A stretch of 59,745 bases of DNA, filler included, from Sphacelaria rigidula (GCA_964200075.2; 6 parts of 6 records of this genome joined end to end with filler, not necessarily neighbours in it); one strand, 5' to 3'. Numbered from the whole stretch's first letter, positions 36,724 through 49,911 are shown. Notes: generated by a model not told the origin, from the sequence alone. Translations and numbers: made by a program.

Positions 36724-37595
36724 CATATCTTGAGGTGTGAACAAACTGGTCTTTCCTTTTTTCCCGCAGTCTCCGAATTTGAAAAGTCCGGACACTCTAA
36801 TTAATTTCTCCACAAAATGTGATACAGCTTCCTTTTATACCCTCATATACCTCATATCTTGAGGTGTAAAACTGGTCTATTTTTTTTCCCAGCGTTCACA
36901 GAAATCTGAAATTTTGAAAAATCCCGACACGATCTGAGAGCAGGTATCTTACCACCATCGGCACCTCCTTCGTCAACCTTGTGCAGCGAGGTATTGATTA
37001 AGCGCTTCATATGTATACAGTATGTATGTATTCAAAGATCCCCTCGTTAGTCGAACATGTTCAGTTGATAATCAACAAAACAATAATGCCGTGGTACCGT
37101 CGCTGCTTCAGTGAACATTCGACACGCACCCGTCCTCCGATCAAAGATGGATGTAGATATAGGCATTGAGATTATTCCGACTCAACATCCGATCCTTGCT
37201 CGATTAGCCGTACTATAATGGCCTCTTACACCATACCTGATATCTTGAGGTGTAAAACTGGTCTCTTTTTTTTTCCCGCATTCTCCGAAATATGAAAAAT
37301 GAAAAATTCCGACACTGTCTGACAGCAGGTATCTTACCACCATCGACACTTCCTCGGTCAAATTTCCGGAAGGAATTGATTGAGCGCTTCATATATGATC
37401 ATATATCCAAATATCCCCTCGTTGTTCGAACATGCTTAGTTAACTGTTGATAATCAAAAACACAATAATGCCGTGGCACCGTCGCTGCTTCATTCAGTGA
37501 ACATTTGACACCCACCCGTACTCCGATGAAAGATAGATATAGACATAGGCATTGAGATGTTCTCGACACAACATCCGATCCGTGATCGATTGGTC
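36724..37595. repeat. Diverged tandem duplication (~390-bp unit twice plus a partial third)
   Basis: atatcttgaggtgt...aactggtct near 36725, 36855 and 37240. The last two copies are collinear through gcaggtatcttaccaccatcg and caataatgccgtgg. Confidence 0.85.
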
Positions 37596-39034
37596 GTACT
37601 TCGCCTCGAAAGAGGGGGAGGGGGGGAGCGAGGGGGGGGTGAACATGCGTATTTATTTCTGCACCGACGGGGTTATCGGTCATTTCCGATTTTATGTTCC
37701 TGAAATATCGAAATATTACAAGATCAACATCCATCCGTTCCGGAAATTTCACGTGCCGCAACGACAATTAATTATCACCACCATCCCTTTATTTTTTCGG
37801 ACTAGTATTTTCGAGCTGCAGCATTTGAAAAGCAGTGTCTGTTTATTGTGGTGAGTACGACAAAACGTCGACCTGGGGAAAACTTATATATCGCAGATTA
37901 GGGTAGCTATTATTGAAGGACTAAAAGTATGTACATGCATGTATCAAAATATTCGGATCGGATTACAATTCGAAACTCTGAGGCCATGCACCCATCCGCA
38001 AAGCGGTTTATACTTGATGGTTGCCATCACGTGGATTTGGATTAATATTATCCTATCGTTTTCCCGTGGGGGAAAAAAAAGAGACAAAAACCGACAGTCC
38101 ATCTATTATATAGTATGTATTTATTATCCCGCGTTTTCTTCTATTATTATCGTCATCCGAGCACAACTCGAAAATCTGAGGCCGGCCACCCACTCGCACA
38201 GCTGCTGCTTACTTGCTTGATGACTGGATTCATCGAGGAAGTACGCGCCGTTTCGTCGGGTTGCTTTCAGGGCACACCCGCGTTGTTGGTTACCCTCCCG
38301 CCCTAGATGCACAACTAACACCAACTCACTATCGATAATAATAACACGATATAATATATGAGTTAATGACAGGCAATTCTGGAAAACCGAAACGAGACTT
38401 TTCTGAATGGGCGAACTGAGGTCGATACTGCGTATAATATTCAAGAAGGACCCTTGCCGGCCTTCATCATATAGTAGTACCTTTTTAGGATATATATTGA
38501 ACCTATAGTGCAATAGTCAATCGTGCGCTTGATTGACAGGAAGTATAAAAATACGTTCATTATCATAAACAATTTCGACCTCTGTTCGTCCCCACAGGGA
38601 AATCTCGTTCCAATTTTTCAGGATCGCCTGTTAAAATAAATATTCAACACTTACTTCGTGAAACAAGAAAGAGACCTAGTGTTCTTCGTTTGGGGCGAAA
38701 CGGGGCGAAACGCATAGATATTTCAAGGAAAGTGTATCTTTTGAGCGAAATGACCGATTCGACTAGCAAATGGCTCAAGCGAAAGCTCTCAGCTCCGGGA
38801 TCATGCAGTAAACCGAATGTCATACTACTGCTACCGTTCGATGGTGCTCGATGTGTCAAAGGTATAGCATGCACGTTGAGCGATTCCACAACAATAAGGG
38901 TGCCGTTGCAACTATATATATCCGGTCGGTCGATCTGCTCGAAAGACGAATCCGACCTGACAGTCTCACAAAATCAAGGAATGTAGCGTGAGCCAGAGAT
39001 TCGGTGTGTTGAATGTGTTCGTCAGATAGAACTT

Positions 39035-39081
39035 CACCACTGAGCCATTTAGTCAGCTGAATGGCTCAGTGGTGGGGTTAG
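39035..39081 (+). mobile_element. Helitron-like 3' terminal hairpin (variant TTAG end)
   Basis: 15-bp stem CACCACTGAGCCATT / AATGGCTCAGTGGTG followed by gggTTAG|T. Related in sequence to the hairpin at 49874. Confidence 0.45.
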
Positions 39082-39154
39082 TCCTAACGAACAGAATCAT
39101 ACGCGGCCGCCTCCTAATTACCCAATAATGTCTGTTGCTGTGTAGAAGAAGGTT

Positions 39155-39360
39155 TAACCCTTGGACCGCGGTGCGGGTAGTCCATGTGAAATATACTGAT
39201 AGCTTTTTCAAGTGAAAATTGGTGCCGATTCAGCAGGTGTCCTACCCTCGCGGTCCAAGGGTTATGGACCGCGAGGTTAGTCTTCTGTTGAGTCGGCATC
39301 AATTTCAAGTGAAAAAATTATGCATGATCCAGAAAGACTAATCTCGCGGTCTAAGGGTAA
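39155..39360. mobile_element. Multi-hairpin MITE-like element
   Basis: TAACCCTTGGACCGCG / CGCGGTCCAAGGGTTA, plus further alternating copies of the motif and an inverted repeat centred near 39261. Confidence 0.6.
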
Positions 39361-39900
39361 AGGGCACCAAACGAAAACTTGTGTGCAGAATACATGAATA
39401 CATGCATGCTCATGTGCAGAATATATACATAGATGTATATATATTCTTGTGTGCAGTATATATATATACTACTACAGTGCGTAGTACTTCGAAGCATTAT
39501 TTCCTGAGCCATCGTAACTGGTATTGCATAGCACATGTATACTGTTGGTTGAGGAGCTTCGGCAAATAAACGATTGATTCACGTTTTTCGTTACGCGAGA
39601 TTGATGGGCGGTTATATCCACGTGTGTATGTCAGGAATTTTATGCGTGCAGTATAGTGTACGTGTCTTCTTCACGACTATTATACGTGTGTTTATCCTGC
39701 TCCCGGACCGTTTCAAAGACGGCCATTGTGTGAGAATATTGCCTGATTCAAAGATGATATTATTGAATCATCCTACGATAGGGGGGGGGGGGGTTCTGCC
39801 NNNNNNNNNNNNNNNNNNNNNNNNNNNNNNNNNNNNNNNNNNNNTTAATTAATTAANNNNNNNNNNNNNNNNNNNNNNNNNNNNNNNNNNNNNNNNNNNN

Positions 39901-42095
39901 CTTTCGTGCAAGAGAGATATGCCACTTTAGCCCCATATTTTGTTTGAACCCCAAAATATAAAATCGGCTGTTCTATGCTGTAGTCGCTGTGTTGTTGTGC
40001 ATTCGAACACTCTACGACGAACATGGTGTGATGTGCGCTGGAGAGTGCCTGAACAGTTGTAGTGCTGCATGCGGTGTTATATACAGAAGTTGGGTAAGAT
40101 CAAAGAGCTGTACACTAGCTACTACTGTCTGTACACAAAGGTGAAACGATGAAACGATCACGTCACGATTGTGCAGTTGTCGGTTGCGTCTCCATCCGTA
40201 CTTCAGCTCTAGTCGGGTGCTGGGATCGGAGAAGCCACGCAAGGCGGACGCGTGCACGTTCGGGCGAACAAACTATGAGCCAGCACGCAGCTGCTCTATC
40301 CCAAGCGTTTGATGACAGGAGCTGTCTGTCTTGATGTCCCATGTAATAGTTCTTCCCCTCATTTCCGCGCGAGTTGTTTCGTTACTGCCGTGTCGTTCAA
40401 ATCTGCTGCGTGGGCTCCAGAATTTTTAAAATACGAGGCAGCATCGGTCATTCCAATTTTTAAATTTGTTGTTGTCTCAACCTATTCCAGATTCAGCATT
40501 GGATTTCTGTGACGCATTGAATTTCTGCGACGCATAGTCACCCACCACTCACGCGCATTGTTTAAGCGCTAGCTCATCATCCACACAAGACAGCCTTTGT
40601 TCGACGGAAATCCGTCCAGTATTGGATGAAAGGCGGTCCCGTGCGTAAGGTGCGTGGGCGTTGTAGCACGATTGAAACGCGGATCGTTTCTCCCATGAGG
40701 AAAAACGGCAGCAGCAGCAGCAGTAGTAGTATCGGCACCGGCTGATTTAGACCCATCCCCAGCCGCGTACATCTACTGGCAATAAAGATGCTGCTGATAC
40801 TGCTGCTGTTGCTTCTTCTCCTTCTCGTGCGGAAAGCGGTCCGGGTTTCGACCTGCGACAATACCCATGTCCCCTTGCCCGTGATTGCTGCCCTCCTTGA
40901 AGTCGCTGGTATACCTCGCGTGCTGTTAAACCGTTTCTGTACCACTTGTTCCCACCCTAGCACACTCGATAAGAACGGCAAGTAATTTGTCGTGATAATG
41001 AAGTTGTGAAGCGTCACTTCACTTTCACTATCACGAAATGATCATCGTTCCCTTTGTTTCGTTATAAGACGGCCCTTTTAGGTCCGCATCGTAGTTCGAA
41101 ACACCTCAGGATCGACGTTTTTCAAAACTAAACAAGGTTAAGGTTACAACTATACCCTGCCCACTGAGCATGTTCCCTACGTGTGTAGCTGTGTTCATGT
41201 CAACTATGTGTGTGCTGTTCACCTGCCCGCTGAGCATCACACGTGCTCGTCTATGCGCGGGCGGGTGTGTACAGGCTGCTTTCGCGCTATAGCGGCTGTG
41301 TTATCATACAGCTTCGCCCAAGATACAAGCAGCCATGACAGCAGTAGAGGCGGCCTTTCACTCCTGCGTGCGCAACCTGGGGCAAACGCGCGCTGTAGCT
41401 ACAACACGAAGAGCTTTACAAAATGATATCCCGCGTGCACGTTGACCGCAGCACAAGCGCTTGCGTGCATGATGTGGCGAACTGCATAGGACAGCGCAAA
41501 ATCAATGCAGCACAGGGGTAGGCTGAGGATGTGGTGTTCTGTGATGTGCTTTGTCACCCTGCACCCTGCCGCTGTGCAGTGAGTAGGTAGTACCACCGAA
41601 GGCGTAACGTCGCGGTTGGTACGCAGTGTCGAACACATAGCAGCAAACAGCATATTTCATGTACAACAGAAGAAGATGTGTTTTTCAAGACCGATGCACA
41701 CAGAGTGGGATCCGTATCTAGAGAACCCTGCACTAACTCGCCCTGTTCTAGTGGATACATGAATCCTTTCAGCAATAGACGCTTACAACGTGTGCTGTGG
41801 CGAATGTCATGCGTCATGCAGCTTTCTCCCATGTGCGGCATCGCCCGTGAAGCGAGCTGTTGAAGCTAACAGTGCCCAATCCTATTCCCACGATGACCTT
41901 CTGTCTGAGCTCGAGATAATTGAAACTGCGAAACATGCCTTCAACTAGTAGAACGTATACCTCACCGTGATTAGAGCTTCCATGTTATCGAAAAGGAACA
42001 GCACTGTGAGGGCGTCTGTCTGTTCTGTCCCTTTTCCATTCCATTCCAGTCTAAGAAAGGATATGGAAATTGGAAGCGCGATGCGAAGCAGAGCA
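39901..42095 (+). repeat. Left arm of a 2195-bp near-perfect inverted repeat
   Basis: Reverse complement of 47579-49773, with mirrored ORFs in the track. Only a few substitutions were seen (e.g. near 41580 and 42049). Confidence 0.97.
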
Positions 42096-44456
42096 ATCTA
42101 TTTTCAAAATGGTTGTTGTCTCAGGCTATTCCAGATTCGGCATTGGATTTTATGTCAGAAAAGCAAGCAGAACTATTCGAGAACTTTCCAAAAAACAAAA
42201 ACTTTTCAAGAACTGCCCAAAACGTGACTCCATTTCATGGAGTGCAGGGTAGTACACTGAACACAAAACACTCCTCCAGTGTTTGCAGTGTTACTTTTTA
42301 GAACCTGAACACGCTTACAGTGTTGTGCTTTTTAGTACCTACTGTACACACAGATTCCGCGCAGCAGACAGCAGACAACTCGTTAAACCTATTGTACATA
42401 CAGATACCACACAGCAGACAGCAGACGAATTGTAGTACAACGATGGTGTATCATCCAATCCCGTAAGGGAGCTAGCTACCGTACCGCTGATCATCCGATC
42501 TCGCAGCAGGCAAGGCAGAGCAGCAAGCAGGGAGATAACTCAAGGTGAAATATATTGGCCCAGCCTTCTAAAATCGCCTCTCTGCCAAAATCGAGCCCAT
42601 CCGAAATCAGGGGAAGAGCTATCGCATGGGACATGTCCTGTATCATTGTGCCGCAGCACAAACACACTCATGCGCTGTCTCTTGCGCTATAGCTGTCGCT
42701 GCGTTGTGGTGTCTCCAGGCCGTTTCGAAGACGGCTTGGTCTCCGCCGGGACTGACTGCCTGAGTTGCTTTACTTCTGTCATAACGTTCGCTTCGAAAAA
42801 TAATGCTGTCGGCACACCGTGGTCTCTAGACACTCCAGTCAAACGGACAAGGCGCTTCCCGCACCCATAATTTCTTCGCTGTAGTCGTCGCTGTGCTCTT
42901 GTGCATCTACACACTCTACGACGATCACAGAGTGATGTTTGCTGGAGAGTGCGTGAACAGTTGTAGTGCTGCATGCTACGTGTTCCGGCCTGCACAGAAG
43001 TGGGGTGAGATCAAAGTGCTGTACACAGAGTTGAAATGAGCACATGACGACTGTGCAGCTGTCAATCAAAAACGCGAAAATATTTCATTTCACTTTGAGT
43101 GACCCCGATCTGTGGGAGGTGAGCCAAAAATACACGCGTCACCAAAAAACAACGACCTGGCTCATATGAAATGTACTATATAAACACAACAAGTATAAAC
43201 ATGGTACATATCTTCAAGCCTGTGGCTGCTCGGTGTTGAGATGATAATGTTCCCCCGAATAACTCGCTCCAAATCAGTGGGTGGAAACTCTTGGTGCACT
43301 AGTGTTCAGCTGCTGTACTACTCGGGAAGCGAACACCCCCGAGCTGCCACCCCACGTTTTCCACCATTGCGAAGATCACGAGACAAGAACACGAACAGCA
43401 GCAATTGTGGCCGCCACATACCAACGCATCTGCAGTGAAATGCGTACCTGACATCGTGCTAGAATGAGAGAGTACGGAAATTTGGATACCTGGACCAGCA
43501 GCGTCGGGCATGCCTTGGGGTTCTGTCTCGAAAACGTCTGTCACAAGACGGCCGTGTTTCATTGGTGAACTCGTCCTATACAAGCCAAGGGGTGAAGGGC
43601 ATTCGCTCATGATACGTGAGATTGTCCTCTGTACACGTCCCCACAGAACAGAGCAGCACATGGCGGATTCCACCAAAGCAAACGACGTGATGTTGGTTCC
43701 AAAAAATAGCATTTGGTCGAAGATGTAAGTTTGTGTACATCGAATGGTTTACATATCCTTTTTAGTATGTGCAGGGAGTCAGCTGAAACATCGTGGCTCT
43801 GCTGACCTGTAGACAGAAAACCACACATATATACTGTACTGTACTCTGTACTGCTGTACAAGTGATTCTCTGATCACTAGTGAAACCCAAGTACCTATAC
43901 ACTCGCTACCCAGCAACAGACAAATTACATGCGCTCATCGGCAGCTTCTGCAACGCTATATGAAGTCTGCCATGCAAGTTTGTTTTGTTTCTCTTGACCC
44001 AAACTCGTTCATCCAGGCGAGCTTGGCCTTACGAAGATGGTACGACACCTCCGCCATGTTGCACCTCTCTGCTGTATTACTGCCGTACAAACACTGTTGT
44101 AATACCCGCCGCGCAAGGCGTCGTGCTTGCAATCAGTGGAGCTTGAAGCTGTTTGTGTGTTTCAACTGCCGAACGTACTAAGAAGATTTTGTTTTTCGCG
44201 TTACAGTACTGTGCAGTAAAAGAGCGGTTGGGTTGGGGGCGGATCCGGTTGAAGAGAAAAGAGAGTTTGGTTCAAGAGAATGGGTTGTTCTTCGAAGAAC
44301 ATAAAACTTGACGTGCCGGGTGCATGGGTAATGTCGCACTACGAAACGTAGACCGCCTCCCGCACGAGAAGCAGCAGCAGCAGCAGCAATATCAGCAGCA
44401 TATGTATTGCCAGCAAATTCACGCGGCTGGGGGTGGGTCTGAATCAGCCGGTGCCG

Positions 44457-44488
<32 letters not shown>

Positions 44489-44681
44489 GCTCTTGATCGT
44501 AGACGGTCCGCGTTTCGACCGGGTTTTCTTTCCGTCCCTTCTTCTGCTTGTGTGCCGTTCTTGCTCTTCTTCATTGAGACGTATGTCTCCTCTGTCCCTT
44601 TTCCATTACATTCCAGTGTTAATAGGGATAGGAAAATTGGAGGCGCGATGGGAAGCAGAGCAACCTCTTTGTACAAATATG

Positions 44682-45157
44682 AGGATTTCAGCCCGTCTGC
44701 AGGCGATTTTTTCGCATGGATTTATTTTTCGGACCCCAGTCCGTTGGGCAATGTTTTTCGGCTAGCTGAGAGCAAACTAGACCAACTCTCCGATTCTCTG
44801 GGCGTTGGCTTTTGGTTCACCACCTTTCTGCTCAAATCAGGACACTCCCGGATCTCCACCGGGGAAGAGCAAACCAGACCAATTCTTCGATTCTCTGGAC
44901 GTTGGCTTTTGGTTCGCCACCTTTTTGCTCAAATCAGGACACTCCCGGGTCTCCACCGATTTAGAATTTATCTAAATCGGTGGAGACCCGGGAGTGTTCT
45001 GATTTGAGCAAAAAGGTGGCGAACCAAAAACCAACGTCCAGAGAATCGGAGAATTGGTCTAGTTTGCTCACAGCTAGCCGAAAAACATTGCCCAACGGAC
45101 TGGGGTACGAGAAATCAATCCACGGGAGGAAGTCGCCTGTAGACGGACTGAAATCCT
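44682..45157. repeat. Long palindrome/hairpin A with a 5-nt loop and a 97-bp tandem duplication in the left arm
   Basis: Centre ...ctccaccgatttaga-attta-tctaaatcggtggag... (loop 44966-44970). The duplicated unit starts at 44769 and 44866. Confidence 0.92.
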
Positions 45158-45225
45158 TGAATTTGTTGAACACATCGAAATTCGTTGCCATCAAAGATGG
45201 TCTTTTTACAAGTCATTCGAAATCA

Positions 45226-45654
45226 AACACGAGATTTTACAAATTAGGGATGGATCTTTATTGAGGATGAAAAGCCGGAGAATTAAAATCTTCGTATCCG
45301 CATAAAATCTTCGCAGTATGCTTCCATTTCTTCACTTGCTGGTAGCTATTGACAATTACTTCACATCAAACAAATTTGGATTTCGATAACCAAAATGTCG
45401 GGGTCCTGGGGCAAAACCAATCTGGGGGGATTTCAGGTGTCTGATCGGACGCCAAAATTGATTTTTCACCTAGGACCCCGACATTTCGGTTATCGGAATC
45501 TAACTTTGTCTGGCGTGTAGCAGTTGTCAATAGCTATCAGCAGGTAAGGAAATGGAATCATAATTCGAAGATTTGGTGTGGATACGAGGACTTTCATCCT
45601 CCGGGTTTTCATCCCCAATAAAATATGCATCCACAATTTGTAAAATCCCGTGTT
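45226..45654. repeat. Long diverged palindrome/hairpin B
   Basis: Outer ends aacacgagattttacaaatt / aatttgtaaaatcccgtgtt; inner aaatgtcggggtcct / aggaccccgacattt. Arms are ~195 bp. Confidence 0.9.
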
Positions 45655-45719
45655 ATCAGCACACGAGTCCGTCGTATGAACGGAGGAAAACTCCATACAG
45701 GACATATTGATTGTAGTGA

Positions 45720-47523
45720 ATAACAGGGGACCCTGAAAAATGGAAACGAGATCTTCTCACGGGGATGAAATGAGTTCGAAACTGCAAATAAATTGGCAGA
45801 TAGTGACCAGGCGCGACTTCCGAGCACATCGCTGGACGTGGTGCCTACGATATACGAGACAGTGGATGCCATACGATCTATGTCCAACGGGAAAACCATC
45901 GGCCCAGATGAACTGCCGGCTGAACCTCTGAAGACATTTCTTGACGGCGATGACACTAGCGGACTACAGAGATTCCACGGCATCATCATCGTTGACATCT
46001 GGGCCGCCGTACCACAAGGTCTTGGAATGGAAGGATGTCACCATTATAGTTCTCCGCAAAAAGGACGACCGGACGGAATGCGGAAACTATAGAGGAATTC
46101 CAGTCGTGTCACACGCCGGCAAAGTGTTACTCAAGATAATCACCTGCCGCTTGAGCACCTACTGCGAGAGCAATGGAATTCCGCCTCAGAAGCAGTGCGG
46201 CTTCCACCCCGGACGCTCAACCGTCGACATGATGTTCACTGTCCGATGACTCCAGGAACTTGGCCCGGAGACGATAGATCCCGCTCTACATATAATACCC
46301 ATCATGCTCTCGATCATCCGCTAATTCCACGATGGTATGCAAGCTCGGGTGCGCACGGACGGCGGGGAATACTCGGATTTGCTCGACATCAGACAGAGCC
46401 TCCGACAAGGATGCGTCCTGGCACCACTGCTGTTCACCATTTTCTTCGCGGCAGGGCTCGCAGTGACCTTGACAACCTTCCGCGATGTCCCTGACATCTC
46501 GGGGGACCGGGTGCGAGTCGGAATGCGCGAAAAGGGAGATTCCCTGAAGGGGTGTGCGGTAGCATGGGACGAGCCAGACGTGGCAACAGCAATCGCGGCG
46601 GAAGAGGTACGGTTCCTATGGAGTATGCTGTACGCCGATGACGCCTGCATCGTCTCGCGGACATCATCGAGCCTCGAGAAGACGATGACGGTGATTGTGA
46701 CGATCTGCGGAGACTTGAGCTTGGCCGTGTCGAAAGCAAGGACGAGAACCATGCAACTGCAGTCACAGGCGGGGCACCTCTACATCAACAGCGCGGCTGG
46801 CCAGGTACACATGAACAAACAACTTTGTATACGTGGGGGGGGGGGGTCAATCACGGAGAGCGGCGATCTCTCCGTGGAAATCAAGAAGTGCGTACAACGG
46901 GCATGGGCGAACTACCACCAATTTTATAAAGTCCAGTTTTACAATCGACTGAGCACAGCCTCCCACCTCAAGGTCTTCATGATCAAAGCCGAGGCTGTCG
47001 AGGCGCTCCTGTTCGGGTGCGTCACTTGGACCCCTCTCAACGCCCATTACAATCTACTGCGCCCGGCCCACCATGCGTTGCTCAGACGCTGTCTTGAATG
47101 GCATAATCGCAATAATCGCACAGACCACGTTCTGTTATACCGAGAGACCCTCGCGAGGACAGGATGCGAAAGAATAAAAACGACGGTAAGGAAGAGACTC
47201 CACTTCGCCGGTTTCTGACGCGCATGTCACCCGGATACCGAAACAAGGGGCAACAAGGAGATTTTAACGGCAGGCACAAGGACTGGATCCGTTGTCTAGC
47301 GGAAGGCATGAAGGCGCTCAGTATCAAATGGCAGGGATGGACTACCAAAGCCTTGAATGCAGTAGAGTGGCACAGCTGTGTTGAACAAAGAGAAGAAAGG
47401 TTTATTATGGCGGACTGGTGCCAAAAGGATGACGATACAGAGGCAACGATACGGCACGCGAAAGTTGCAGGCCAAGATGCACCGACAACACCTGAGACCA
47501 ACAGTACCAACACCAACTGGTAA
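45720..47523 (+). mobile_element. Decayed RTE-clade LINE (reverse transcriptase), frameshifted and 5'-truncated
   Basis: Motifs in order over several frames: GKTIGPDELPAE, ECGNYRGI, QCGFHPGRSTVDMMF, LRQGCVLAPLLF, MLYADD, LLFGCVTW, RKRLHFAG. Confidence 0.92.
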
Positions 47524-47578
47524 TAGCCTACGCCGGATACGCACAGCATTGTGTTTGGTTCATATCTCTGATATAGAG

Positions 47579-49773
47579 TGCTCTGCTTCGCATCGCGCTT
47601 CCAATTTCCATATCCTTTCTTAGATTGGAATGGAATGGAAAAGGGACAGAACAGACAGACGCCCTCACAGTGCTGTTCCTTTTCGATAACATGGAAGCTC
47701 TAATCACGGTGAGGTATACGTTCTACTAGTTGAAGGCATGTTTCGCAGTTTCAATTATCTCGAGCTCAGACAGAAGGTCATCGTGGGAATAGGATTGGGC
47801 ACTGTTAGCTTCAACAGCTCGCTTCACGGGCGATGCCGCACATGGGAGAAAGCTGCATGACGCATGACATTCGCCACAGCACACGTTGTAAGCGTCTATT
47901 GCTGAAAGGATTCATGTATCCACTAGAACAGGGCGAGTTAGTGCAGGGTTCTCTAGATACGGATCCCACTCTGTGTGCATCGGTCTTGAAAAACACATCT
48001 TCTTCTGTTGTACATGAAATATGCTGTTTGCTGCTATGTGTTCGACACTGCGTACCAACCGCGACGTTACGCCTTCGGTGGTACTACCTCCTCTCTGCAC
48101 AGCGGCAGGGTGCAGGGTGACAAAGCACATCACAGAACACCACATCCTCAGCCTACCCCTGTGCTGCATTGATTTTGCGCTGTCCTATGCAGTTCGCCAC
48201 ATCATGCACGCAAGCGCTTGTGCTGCGGTCAACGTGCACGCGGGATATCATTTTGTAAAGCTCTTCGTGTTGTAGCTACAGCGCGCGTTTGCCCCAGGTT
48301 GCGCACGCAGGAGTGAAAGGCCGCCTCTACTGCTGTCATGGCTGCTTGTATCTTGGGCGAAGCTGTATGATAACACAGCCGCTATAGCGCGAAAGCAGCC
48401 TGTACACACCCGCCCGCGCATAGACGAGCACGTGTGATGCTCAGCGGGCAGGTGAACAGCACACACATAGTTGACATGAACACAGCTACACACGTAGGGA
48501 ACATGCTCAGTGGGCAGGGTATAGTTGTAACCTTAACCTTGTTTAGTTTTGAAAAACGTCGATCCTGAGGTGTTTCGAACTACGATGCGGACCTAAAAGG
48601 GCCGTCTTATAACGAAACAAAGGGAACGATGATCATTTCGTGATAGTGAAAGTGAAGTGACGCTTCACAACTTCATTATCACGACAAATTACTTGCCGTT
48701 CTTATCGAGTGTGCTAGGGTGGGAACAAGTGGTACAGAAACGGTTTAACAGCACGCGAGGTATACCAGCGACTTCAAGGAGGGCAGCAATCACGGGCAAG
48801 GGGACATGGGTATTGTCGCAGGTCGAAACCCGGACCGCTTTCCGCACGAGAAGGAGAAGAAGCAACAGCAGCAGTATCAGCAGCATCTTTATTGCCAGTA
48901 GATGTACGCGGCTGGGGATGGGTCTAAATCAGCCGGTGCCGATACTACTACTGCTGCTGCTGCTGCCGTTTTTCCTCATGGGAGAAACGATCCGCGTTTC
49001 AATCGTGCTACAACGCCCACGCACCTTACGCACGGGACCGCCTTTCATCCAATACTGGACGGATTTCCGTCGAACAAAGGCTGTCTTGTGTGGATGATGA
49101 GCTAGCGCTTAAACAATGCGCGTGAGTGGTGGGTGACTATGCGTCGCAGAAATTCAATGCGTCACAGAAATCCAATGCTGAATCTGGAATAGGTTGAGAC
49201 AACAACAAATTTAAAAATTGGAATGACCGATGCTGCCTCGTATTTTAAAAATTCTGGAGCCCACGCAGCAGATTTGAACGACACGGCAGTAACGAAACAA
49301 CTCGCGCGGAAATGAGGGGAAGAACTATTACATGGGACATCAAGACAGACAGCTCCTGTCATCAAACGCTTGGGATAGAGCAGCTGCGTGCTGGCTCATA
49401 GTTTGTTCGCCCGAACGTGCACGCGTCCGCCTTGCGTGGCTTCTCCGATCCCAGCACCCGACTAGAGCTGAAGTACGGATGGAGACGCAACCGACAACTG
49501 CACAATCGTGACGTGATCGTTTCATCGTTTCACCTTTGTGTACAGACAGTAGTAGCTAGTGTACAGCTCTTTGATCTTACCCAACTTCTGTATATAACAC
49601 CGCATGCAGCACTACAACTGTTCAGGCACTCTCCAGCGCACATCACACCATGTTCGTCGTAGAGTGTTCGAATGCACAACAACACAGCGACTACAGCATA
49701 GAACAGCCGATTTTATATTTTGGGGTTCAAACAAAATATGGGGCTAAAGTGGCATATCTCTCTTGCACGAAAG
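47579..49773 (-). repeat. Right arm of the 2195-bp inverted repeat
   Basis: The contig end gggctaaagtggcatatctctcttgcacgaaag is the exact reverse complement of the contig start. Confidence 0.97.
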
Positions 49774-49873
49774 NNNNNNNNNNNNNNNNNNNNNNNNNNN
49801 NNNNNNNNNNNNNNNNNTTAATTAATTAANNNNNNNNNNNNNNNNNNNNNNNNNNNNNNNNNNNNNNNNNNNN

Positions 49874-49911
49874 CTACTGACCAAGTCAGCGCTGAATGGT
49901 CAGTAGTCTAG
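49874..49911 (+). mobile_element. Helitron-like 3' terminus (hairpin plus CTAG|T)
   Basis: Stem CTACTGACCA...TGGTCAGTAG immediately followed by tCTAG and then T, at the contig start. Confidence 0.6.
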
